Of a DNA stretch of 57,535 nucleotides, positions 18,359 through 25,314 are shown in pieces. Within the stretch, counting starts at the first letter, position 1. Each line of letters opens with the position of its first letter. Under the pieces are notes generated by a model that had not been told where the DNA came from, made no database searches, and saw nothing but the letters and a program-made list of their open reading frames with translations. This DNA comes from a virus. Taxonomy: Duplodnaviria > Heunggongvirae > Uroviricota > Caudoviricetes > Ackermannviridae. Made by a program: the position numbers and the translations under genes. The stretch spans positions 1-57,535 of IMG/VR virus record IMGVR_UViG_2974546594_000001; one strand, given 5' to 3'.

Positions 18359-18389
18359 ATACCCCACACTTACTGTATGGGGTATTTAG
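18359..18389 (-). promoter_or_regulatory. Late promoter CTAAATA with anti-SD hairpin
   Basis: CTAA-ATACCCCATAC-AGTAA-GTGTGGGGTAT-CT-ATG. Confidence 0.8.
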
Positions 18390-18395
18390 GAGGGA

Positions 18396-19589
18396 TCAAT
18401 CAGGGGTAAACTCGTTCACAGGAACTTGTTCCGGCATAGACAATTCGGGGCATGCTGCCTTCATTGGCTCAACATACGGCTTGCTACCAACAATCCAGAA
18501 CAGAGCGTTTTCGTTGAGCAGTTCTGGCTTATGCTGTTGGATCCAGGTCATGACCTTGCCTTCATAGCGAGGATGCAGCTCAATATCACCCCACTGATAA
18601 TCCATCAGGTCATTATAGCGAACCCAATTCGTTGTATGCAAATCCCAATGGTGTACTGCAAAGCGTGGGAGCGTTATCTCCGGCTCTCCCTTCTCGCGGA
18701 TACCCATCAGGAGGCCAGCCAGCGAAACGCTCTTAGAGGCATGCTGAAGATCCTTCTTGCCGTACACATAATCTGGGTTGTCGTGATAGCAACGAGTGAA
18801 ATCCGTTATGTGCGGAAGATTAGCTTGTTTTCCAATAATACGCAAACGACTTTCAATAAAGTCCAGACGGTTGGGACCAATCCCGATCAGATATACATTT
18901 TTCAGATTTGGTTTCGGGTGCATAGCCAGCCCTGTCAAAATGCTGGTACAAGAATTACATGAACCAGCAGGAATGATCAGATCTGTGATATGGTCCGGAA
19001 TGTTAGCAACCTGCTCGCCGCCCAGCATATGAAATCCTGCAATCCTCTCCGGAGAATGCAACGTATGATCCAGAGTGATCCCATACTCTAGATAATATGC
19101 TTTTGGATTCTGCTGCTCAATCAATTTCTTGCAGCGCGGCTGGATAGTGCTGTTGTAACCCGAACCGACAAAGTTGAATTCGCTGCCGAACCAGGCGCTC
19201 ATCTTCACCATTTCATGGTTCATACACGTGGTGGGTTTGGTAGCGCCCAGGACTGTAGTTGTCTTGCCGCCGAAATGCCGTGAGACTGCTGTCGCCATAG
19301 GGGATTGCGGACTACCAACGACAGTACCATGGATAAGGTCTGGGGAGCCTCCGGCCTTTAAATGCTCAACCATCAGCCAGATGGCCTGACGCAATTTACT
19401 GCCGTTGATGCCCTGCTTGCCATCTGTATAGTTGGACAGCGGCGCGAAGTAATCTTCACGCTTGAACCAGACCTGTTGATTGGTTTCAGGGTTGGCAACG
19501 AGTTCACACGGGGTGTGCTTGTAGAGGTAGTCTTCCCAGTGGACCAGGTTGCGGTCGAGGGAAAGTGTATCGAAGATGGACTTGTTCAT
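18396..19589 (-). CDS. PLP-dependent enzyme (fold type II), putative decarboxylase of the 5-NeOmdU pathway
   Basis: HTP..VWFKREDY..GINGSKLR (PLP lysine), IIPAGSCNS, HPRYEGK. Confidence 0.75.
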   Translation of the reverse strand: MNKSIFDTLSLDRNLVHWEDYLYKHTPCELVANPETNQQVWFKREDYFAPLSNYTDGKQGINGSKLRQAIWLMVEHLKAGGSPDLIHGTVVGSPQSPMATAVSRHFGGKTTTVLGATKPTTCMNHEMVKMSAWFGSEFNFVGSGYNSTIQPRCKKLIEQQNPKAYYLEYGITLDHTLHSPERIAGFHMLGGEQVANIPDHITDLIIPAGSCNSCTSILTGLAMHPKPNLKNVYLIGIGPNRLDFIESRLRIIGKQANLPHITDFTRCYHDNPDYVYGKKDLQHASKSVSLAGLLMGIREKGEPEITLPRFAVHHWDLHTTNWVRYNDLMDYQWGDIELHPRYEGKVMTWIQQHKPELLNENALFWIVGSKPYVEPMKAACPELSMPEQVPVNEFTPD

Positions 19590-19658
19590 TCTATTTCTCC
19601 TGTAGACATTGGCTTATCATAGCGTATCTACAGGAGTATAGAAAAGGAGAATCTCGGG

Positions 19659-20333
19659 TTACTTGGTCAGAAAATCCATCAGGCGGCGGAAAAACGATTT
19701 GTGTGAGTCACTCACCTTCGGAGGATACTGAAGGATGGGTGGAAGTTCAGGATCCACACCAACAGGCGCTCCCTGATCGTTCAGAACACGACTGGCTGGT
19801 GGAGTCGGCTTCAAAGATTTGATCGCCTGATTCAGATCGGAATTGTCCACAACACTCGCTTCTTCAGCCACAGAAACACAAGGCTTGATTAAAACAGATT
19901 TCTTGGACTGCTCATACTGATGAGCGATATCTAGATATTTCTTGCGCTCGGCGTAGAAATCGACGTTCTTAACTTTACGGCGGCGAGCAGTAGAACTCTC
20001 TTCACCATAAAAGTCATATCCATTTTTGAACATCCAATTCACTGCTTGCTCAAATGAATTGAATACCATATACAGGCCGCGCCGCCCGTTGACCATATCG
20101 TCTTCGCTGGAATAACCGATGAACACCGCTTGGCCTTTCTTGTTCAGATCAAATGGGGTGCAGACGCCCGTATCATCTAGGGAACGCGGTGCGAGGTGCC
20201 CGTCTCTGTAAATGTATGCCGGATACAAGAACTCATTCAGAGTGCGCTTGTTGCCTTTATATGTGTACAGACGAGCAAATGGAGGCAGATCACAAACAAC
20301 ATCATTGTAATCCCAGATTGTTACATTGCGCAT
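19659..20333 (-). CDS. Hypothetical protein (224 aa)
   Basis: GAGG SD; own TTCAAT-N14-TAAAAT promoter. Confidence 0.7.
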   Translation of the reverse strand: MRNVTIWDYNDVVCDLPPFARLYTYKGNKRTLNEFLYPAYIYRDGHLAPRSLDDTGVCTPFDLNKKGQAVFIGYSSEDDMVNGRRGLYMVFNSFEQAVNWMFKNGYDFYGEESSTARRRKVKNVDFYAERKKYLDIAHQYEQSKKSVLIKPCVSVAEEASVVDNSDLNQAIKSLKPTPPASRVLNDQGAPVGVDPELPPILQYPPKVSDSHKSFFRRLMDFLTK

Positions 20334-20353
20334 GGTGTTTCCTCAAATCAATG

Positions 20354-20400
20354 AAGGGGTTTATAAACGGTTAAATTTTAAACCCCTTATTGTCATTGAA
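20354..20400 (-). promoter_or_regulatory. TTCAAT-N14-TAAAAT promoter in a 10-bp stem
   Basis: AAGGGGTTTA/TAAACCCCTT flanks the -10. Confidence 0.7.
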
Positions 20401-20404
20401 CAAA

Positions 20405-20923
20405 TCAAATGCTGGTCATATAGAGTGGGACAACCTGCTCGGCAATCAACACGACCTCAGTAATAGTGAAGTCACCGCCATAAGAGTACAGTTTGATTTG
20501 CGCCCCGTTTGTCGCCAGATTCCCATCCTTGTCAACACTGAAGAACGTAATGAAAGACAAGGTGTCCGGCGGCGGTACGCTAGCATCACGACTTCTTGAT
20601 AACTGGTTCCCAACAGAGCCAACAAAGTCAACAATCATGGTTCTGTTTGAAGTGGATCCAGACCATGAACCGACGATATTGACCTTCACCGGAAGAATAG
20701 AATCATAAGGAAACGCGTGAAATTTGTGATCTGATAATTTAAAGAACGGAGCCAAACCAGTAGGAGAAGAAGGGTTCGGAGTCTTCCCATCCAACACAGT
20801 TAACAAATCTATTCCAGTTGCCCCAGAAGTTAGAAGTTGTGACAAACCGGAAAATCTGACTTCTGTTTTGATGCGATGGGTCTGAAGCATATTCCCCAAA
20901 TAGGGAGATGTCAAAATGGCCAT
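20405..20923 (-). CDS. Beta-rich late protein, probably virion-associated (172 aa)
   Basis: GGAGGGAG SD; downstream of a late TAAATA; beta-strand-rich composition. Confidence 0.6.
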   Translation of the reverse strand: MAILTSPYLGNMLQTHRIKTEVRFSGLSQLLTSGATGIDLLTVLDGKTPNPSSPTGLAPFFKLSDHKFHAFPYDSILPVKVNIVGSWSGSTSNRTMIVDFVGSVGNQLSRSRDASVPPPDTLSFITFFSVDKDGNLATNGAQIKLYSYGGDFTITEVVLIAEQVVPLYMTSI

Positions 20924-20932
20924 ACTCCCTCC

Positions 20933-21166
20933 TTAAGAAACGATAACCGTCGCATCAGAATTAATTGCCTTAACCCATCCCACCGTCGGCGGGGTTAAAA
21001 CGACCATATTTCCTTGATATATGATATGCGCGTTGTTACCCGTTGGAGTGCTGGGGCTATCACACAGATACACAGAACCGTGAGTCACTTGAAGAGTTTT
21101 CAAAGATGTGCCGTCTGAGACTTGCGTCCATGTACTTGCGTTTGGTGTGATCTTAGCAGTTGCCAT
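20933..21166 (-). CDS. Small beta-rich late protein (77 aa)
   Basis: GGAGG SD in hairpin under TAAATA (21193-21198). Confidence 0.65.
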   Translation of the reverse strand: MATAKITPNASTWTQVSDGTSLKTLQVTHGSVYLCDSPSTPTGNNAHIIYQGNMVVLTPPTVGWVKAINSDATVIVS

Positions 21167-21198
21167 AATAGACCTCCTTTACAAGTCAGATCTATTTA
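21167..21198 (-). promoter_or_regulatory. Late promoter TAAATA with anti-SD hairpin
   Basis: AATAGATCT/AGGTCTATT 9-bp stem overlapping the GGAGG SD. Confidence 0.7.
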
Positions 21199-21206
21199 TT
21201 ACAGAC

Positions 21207-21235
21207 AAAAAGAAACCCGATCATCCTGATCGGGC
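21207..21235 (-). terminator. Terminator closing the tRNA/ncRNA transcription unit
   Basis: GCCCGATCA-GGA-TGATCGGGT-TTCTTTTT. Confidence 0.8.
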
Positions 21236-21294
21236 TATGTTAAACCATCGTGGGGATGGAAAGACTACTCACAGCAATTTCTGATAATGGGCGT

Positions 21295-21450
21295 TGGGAG
21301 AGTGCGTCGGGAATCGAACCCGAAACCGTCAGGACAATGAAAAGCTATTGCATTTCACCTTGCATATCCTCCGGCTTTCTTAACTTCCTTAACCCCAGAT
21401 TGTTATGAAGTCGGCATGCACACCTTCTTCATCTTCAGGAAGTCACACTC
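21295..21450 (-). ncRNA. tRNA-like RNA A (~156 nt): acceptor stem + T-arm, expanded core
   Basis: GAGTGTG/CGCACTC stem, TCGGG-TTCGATT-CCCGA, ends TCCCA; no standard D/anticodon arm. Confidence 0.6.
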
Positions 21451-21457
21451 ATTGTTC

Positions 21458-21546
21458 TGGTTGCTTCAACTGGATTCGAACCAGTGACCTCAGGCACCTT
21501 GTTCTCTCGAAACTTTCCTGCGCTCTACCACTCGAGCTATGAAGCA
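21458..21546 (-). ncRNA. tRNA-like RNA B (89 nt): full cloverleaf but anticodon loop replaced by a GAGA-capped extension
   Basis: TGCTTCA/TGAAGCA-A-CCA, D-arm GCTC..GAGC, T-arm ACTGG-TTCGAAT-CCAGT, 30-nt anticodon arm. Confidence 0.75.
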
Positions 21547-21549
21547 ATT

Positions 21550-21638
21550 TGGCGGAAGGTGAAGGATTCGAACCTTCGGGGGCTAAAAGCCCCACTCGAT
21601 TAGCAGTCGAGTCCCTTAAACCTCTCGGGCAACCTTCC
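21550..21638 (-). tRNA. tRNA-Ser(GCT)
   Basis: Canonical cloverleaf, CTCGA-CT-GCT-AA-TCGAG, long variable arm, GCCA end. Confidence 0.97.
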
Positions 21639-21639
21639 G

Positions 21640-22067
21640 TATACTGCGCCTCGGTCAAGAATTTTCCAAGCCATGACCTAAATCTGGGTTCTTGACCTGA
21701 CCGAGCGTATTATGGACGGGCTTCACACCCGATTGTGCATTTGATCTGCCGTAGCCCAACTCCCCGCGCTTATCAGCGCCGATTGGTTAACTGACACCAG
21801 TGCCTTCTGGTTCGATCTCCTGGAACTTTACAGGCTTCGCGCCCGACCATTTCTGGAAGTTGGGGCATCGTTTCCGATGTGGAGTCACCCCATTTTATAC
21901 ACAGCTGGCTGCAACGCTTACTGTGTTTGGTCTACCACCACGTGCTGGGCCACGCTTGAGGACATCGGCCATCCTTCCTCAGCTAATCCACGCGGTGGTA
22001 GATTTTGTATCAGAGTGTCCGGTGTAGCTTTCCGTGAGGTGCGCACTACTGTAGCCTCTACACTCTG
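21640..22067 (-). ncRNA. Large structured ncRNA domain (~430 nt)
   Basis: Stems TCTACCACC/GGTGGTAGA, CAGAGTGT/ACACTCTG, CCCAACTTCC/GGGAGTTGGG, GGTCAAGAA/TTCTTGACC, GNRA loops; bounded by a CCA end and tRNA-Ser. Confidence 0.65.
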
Positions 22068-22071
22068 AATT

Positions 22072-22180
22072 TGGTGGGCGTTACTTTCGTCGGGTTCAGA
22101 TTCCGTTCGGCTATTAGACGTCGCTCGAGAGAACTTGTCGTTCGCGTACTTCGTGCTTACTTGCTTTCGTTTCACACCCA
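22072..22180 (-). ncRNA. CCA-ended RNA C (~109 nt)
   Basis: TGGGTGT/ACGCCCA then CCA; GAA/AGTA loop-E-like motif next to the terminal stem. Confidence 0.5.
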
Positions 22181-22189
22181 TTGTTTGTC

Positions 22190-22316
22190 GTCGGGCGGGG
22201 GATTCAAACCCCAATCTTTAGTTTGTGTTTCTTCAAAGCTATCATATGTTCACTTTGAATACTAGACTCCCCTGGACATCAAAACAGAATCTCTATTCCA
22301 TCCTGCAAGACCCGAC
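22190..22316 (-). ncRNA. tRNA-like RNA D (~127 nt)
   Basis: GTCGGGT/GCCCGAC acceptor, GGGG-TTTGAAT-CCCC T-like arm, TTCAAAG/CTTTGAA internal stem; no encoded CCA. Confidence 0.55.
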
Positions 22317-22323
22317 ATAATCC

Positions 22324-22399
22324 TGGCGACGATGACAGGACTTGAACCTGCGACATACGATTTAACAGACCGCCGTTCTACCGACTGAACTACATCGTC
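22324..22399 (-). tRNA. tRNA-Asn(GTT)
   Basis: 76-nt cloverleaf, CT-GTT-AA loop, GCCA end. Confidence 0.97.
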
Positions 22400-22425
22400 T
22401 CTATTCTTACTTTCGTAAACACTCT

Positions 22426-22560
22426 TTATTCTGCATGAAGATCCAGGGCAGGATCATAACGATCGTAAGTTTTTGGATGAGACCCGTTCTTGATGCTCAC
22501 CATCCGACCTTCCCAACTAGCGCGAATTCTGTTGGAAATTACCACCCAAATATTCTTCAT
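22426..22560 (-). CDS. Possible 44-aa ORF (MKNIWVVISNRIRASWEG...)
   Basis: Fills the gap, weak SD only. Confidence 0.3.
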   Translation of the reverse strand: MKNIWVVISNRIRASWEGRMVSIKNGSHPKTYDRYDPALDLHAE

Positions 22561-22573
22561 AATATAGAACCCT

Positions 22574-22771
22574 TCAACTATGTTTATTCGCTTCGATCGC
22601 CCCTAATTGGGCGTCCGCGTCAGCTTTGGTGTCATGTGTCCCAAGAACTTTAGTCTTGGTGTGGTCAAGGACAACCCACTTATCGCCTCGCTTTTCAACA
22701 AACTCAACAATCTCTTTGTTGTCAGTAGCGAGACCATCCCACTCAGTAAGAAACTCACCGAACGTTTTCAT
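22574..22771 (-). CDS. Small protein with T4-type capsid-targeting sequence (65 aa)
   Basis: MKTFGEFLTE N-terminus; GGTGAG SD; CTAAATA at 22805-22811. Confidence 0.7.
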   Translation of the reverse strand: MKTFGEFLTEWDGLATDNKEIVEFVEKRGDKWVVLDHTKTKVLGTHDTKADADAQLGAIEANKHS

Positions 22772-22811
22772 CATACTCACCAATTGTTTATTGAACAACT
22801 GGTTTATTTAG

Positions 22812-22886
22812 TGGTGACCCTGGCTGGACTTGAACCAGCGACCAATCCCTTATGAGGGGGCTGCTCTACCACTGAGCTACAGGACC
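22812..22886 (-). tRNA. tRNA-Met(CAT) (or Ile2)
   Basis: 75-nt cloverleaf, CT-CAT-AA loop, ACCA end. Confidence 0.93.
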
Positions 22887-23290
22887 TTTTGTTTCTTCAA
22901 ATTATCTAACACATGTGGATTGGATTTCAACATCTTCTTCATGTTGGCCTCCTTACTCAGCAATTGTAAATTCCACAATACGCAATTATACTTATTTTCA
23001 TCAACATGATCTATTTCAAACCCTTCTGGGACTAGACCATTAAATGCAACCCAGACAAACCAGTGTAGATATTTCCTGAAATATTTGCCCTTATATTCTA
23101 CTTTGATTTGCAAATAACCAGTTCCATTGTCTACGCCCACCAAATATCTTTCAGGTAGTTTTTGTTCATATTCTCCAAACTGATTTTTACGGCGTATAGT
23201 CAGTTCTGGCTTTTTAATTTTTCCATAGTTGCTGACAAATACATGAATGCCAATTTTGTCTAAATACAACTCTTTCCAAATCTCTTCCAT
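22877..23290 (-). mobile_element. Free-standing HNH homing endonuclease (NUMOD4-like + HNH_3)
   Basis: MEEIWK..VSNYGKIK..GTGYLQ..LHWFV..IDHVDENKYN..NLQLL; stop codon lies inside tRNA-Met. Confidence 0.85.
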
Positions 23291-23317
23291 AACAACTACC
23301 CACAGCAATATGAATTT

Positions 23318-23526
23318 GTTGTGTCCAATCAAGGACTGTCAACCTTTTATCCCGTTTGTGCATGATCAGTTCATGCATGCCTCTTGTGCGCCTCACGGCA
23401 ACGCGCTTCTGTAGGTCATCGACTTGCACTGTAGTCTCACCACAGGCGTTTATTTTTCCAGGGCTTTCCACTTACAAGTCTTAACCAGATCGGGATACGG
23501 GCTTGTAAGATCGGATTGGACACAAC
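23318..23526 (-). ncRNA. ~210-nt structured RNA domain with kink-turn and possible pseudoknot
   Basis: 13-bp closing stem GTTGTGTCCAATC/GATTGGACACAAC; K-turn 23409-23445; TATCCCG/CGGGATA. Confidence 0.65.
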
Positions 23527-24160
23527 TTTGATGGCTCTAGGACTAAAGATCCCGCGTCACCCATAGACTTGGTTTATAAAATCTAGAGCCATCAAAGTTG
23601 CAACCAATGTCGCAACTCGCACTTCAGCGTCTTCGTCTCGCTTCAGCACTTGTCCTCTACGTTCGGACCAAACGAGGCTGGCCGACAGAAACATAACACC
23701 ACTCATCACTAGAGCGAGGATGTGGTTGATAGCCACGATGTTACGTCTCTGTCGTAGAGTGATCACACTTGTCAGGATGATCACTGTTTTGCGAACTTGA
23801 AAATACTGCGCCTGTCTCGGGTTTCCCCTTAGTTCGGCCTCTCATTGTTCGTCTAGTCAGGGAGCTACCCTTGATGACCAGCTTATTTTGAGATCTTCGC
23901 CAGCACCCACTAGTGTCTAGAATATGTAGGTGTCGAGGTCTGCAAGGCATTGCCCTATTTCATACAACGCTCTCTCAAGTACGCAAATCGAAGTTCTCTG
24001 GGCTTAACAGGTTCGACCCAACATGTTGTATATCGCCTAACTTACTCATGGGACGGCCACTTCTGTGTACAGACCTTGAGGGTTAAAAGATATACCCAGA
24101 GAACTTCGATTTGCGTTGCCCTTCACTTGCCAGAGATCAGGGCAATTGGTAAGACTTCGC
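23523..24160 (-). ncRNA. Structured non-coding region with very long stems
   Basis: Perfect 18-bp (23523-40/23583-600) and 22-bp (23981-24002/24095-116) inverted repeats; 16-bp stem with G-U pairs (ACAGAGACGTAACATC/GGTGTTATGTTTCTGT). Confidence 0.6.
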
Positions 24161-24161
24161 T

Positions 24162-24250
24162 CACATCTTAGAGGACACTGCACGGGACTCGAACCCGCCA
24201 CGAACATTTGGCGCCAAATGCTTCCACCTGTCAATGTCCTCTAAGATGTG
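24162..24250 (-). ncRNA. tRNA-like RNA E with a 16-bp acceptor-type stem
   Basis: CACATCTTAGAGGACA/TGTCCTCTAAGATGTG, T-arm GCGGG-TTCGAGT-CCCGT, CATTTG-GCGC-CAAATG instead of an anticodon arm. Confidence 0.65.
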
Positions 24251-24374
24251 GAGCCGTTTTAGGGAGTCGAACCCAAATGCTTGGCCAGCGCTGACCTTAC
24301 ATCCCATCTGACTTAGGCAACCCACCTCTGCTTACTCAGGAGCTTATCCCCTTTGGACAGTCAGATATAACGGC
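24249..24374 (-). ncRNA. tRNA-like RNA F (~126 nt)
   Basis: GCCGTT/AACGGC-T-CCA, GGG-TTCGACT-CCC, TCTGACT/AGTCAGA core stem. Confidence 0.6.
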
Positions 24375-24376
24375 AA

Positions 24377-24470
24377 TGGGATTGGAGGAAGGACTCGAAC
24401 CTTCTCATGTACGCTCCTGATTTCTCAGAAGTAGTCTGCTCCCATCGACCTATTAAGTACACGCTCCGCT
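24377..24470 (-). ncRNA. tRNA-like RNA G (~94 nt), weak acceptor stem
   Basis: GAAGG-TTCGAGT-CCTTC, ends CCCA, GTGTAC/GTACAT core stem; 5' boundary approximate. Confidence 0.5.
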
Positions 24471-24745
24471 CATTGTCGGCGGGAGCTTATTAATCACACC
24501 CTCCCGCCTATTGTTAGTGCGCCGAATTTTGTTATGAGGAATCGGAAGACCTCACTGGTGTATGGCTATTAAGCTACTGCCAGGAACGTGTTATCATTAG
24601 CGATTATTTTTGTGGTCAGTTTCTAAAAACCCGCAAAGTCACGCACAACGAAAACGAAAACCTGTTTGAGTCCTAAACCTACCTGTCTTGGTCTCACATC
24701 GCTATGAGTGGCCAGGACTCAAACAGCTTGCCGTTCAGTGAGTTA

Positions 24746-24771
24746 ACTATACTTTGTAACCCGTTATTGAT
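24746..24771 (-). promoter_or_regulatory. Variant ATCAAT-N14-TATAGT promoter inside the ncRNA island
   Basis: Exact 14-nt spacer as in the other TTCAAT promoters. Confidence 0.5.
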
Positions 24772-24790
24772 AAAACCTTTTATTTTTGTT

Positions 24791-24856
24791 GACGAGGGTG
24801 TGGAATCGAACCACACTTCTGAGCGCCACCCCGTGTCACCAATGCACCACCTCACC
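24791..24856 (-). ncRNA. tRNA-like RNA H (66 nt) with a truncated anticodon arm
   Basis: GGTGAGG/CCTCGTC, D-arm GTG..TGG..CAC, GTGTGG-TTCGATT-CCACAC; no CCA. Confidence 0.6.
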
Positions 24857-25314
24857 ATCGATTTGCCGGAACTTACGCATCCGGCCTCGTCCTGTCGGTG
24901 TTCTTCTGAATCCGGGAAGATCAGCAGGAACTATGAATCAAGTTAATTCAACCAACAGGAATCCTCTTGTTGCCCTTTGACGCAACATTATGAACCCTCT
25001 ATGAAGACTCATAATGTTGTCGGCGTGATGGAGATTAGCGCCCCCGACCTCCCCTTATATGTTGGTGTCGACTTGCTAACAGGGTGCTCTCTGATTCTGA
25101 GCTAATCACGCTACAACAGGGAGTTTCGTTCTCCGACGGTCAAGTGCGTCCACTGACACCAGCGAGGTGGCTATTACGCCTCTATTCACACAAGCCCCTG
25201 AGACTAGGGGTTAACTGGTTTTGGGCTGCAAACCCGACTCCCACTGTGTTATTTCCCTCATGTTTAATACTTTACCGCAGCCCAGCTAATTTGAAAAGTC
25301 CTCTCCCCTTTGAG

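Noticed and set aside
19659-19700. C-terminal RRLMDFL as a T4-type (SLDFL) clamp motif
   Set aside because: Does not fit this phage's V[NS]L-h-x-h-h consensus; equally consistent with an amphipathic helix
23318-23526. Resemblance to RNase P RNA (GGAAAGCCC, AACGCCTG, AGTGCAA..ACAGAA) or a group I intron P7 (GAGACTA / CAGTCC)
   Set aside because: No P4 partner strand or P8 pairing found; GACT pairs locally in the K-turn helix; no exons to splice. A cmsearch with RF00010/RF00011/RF00028 would settle it.
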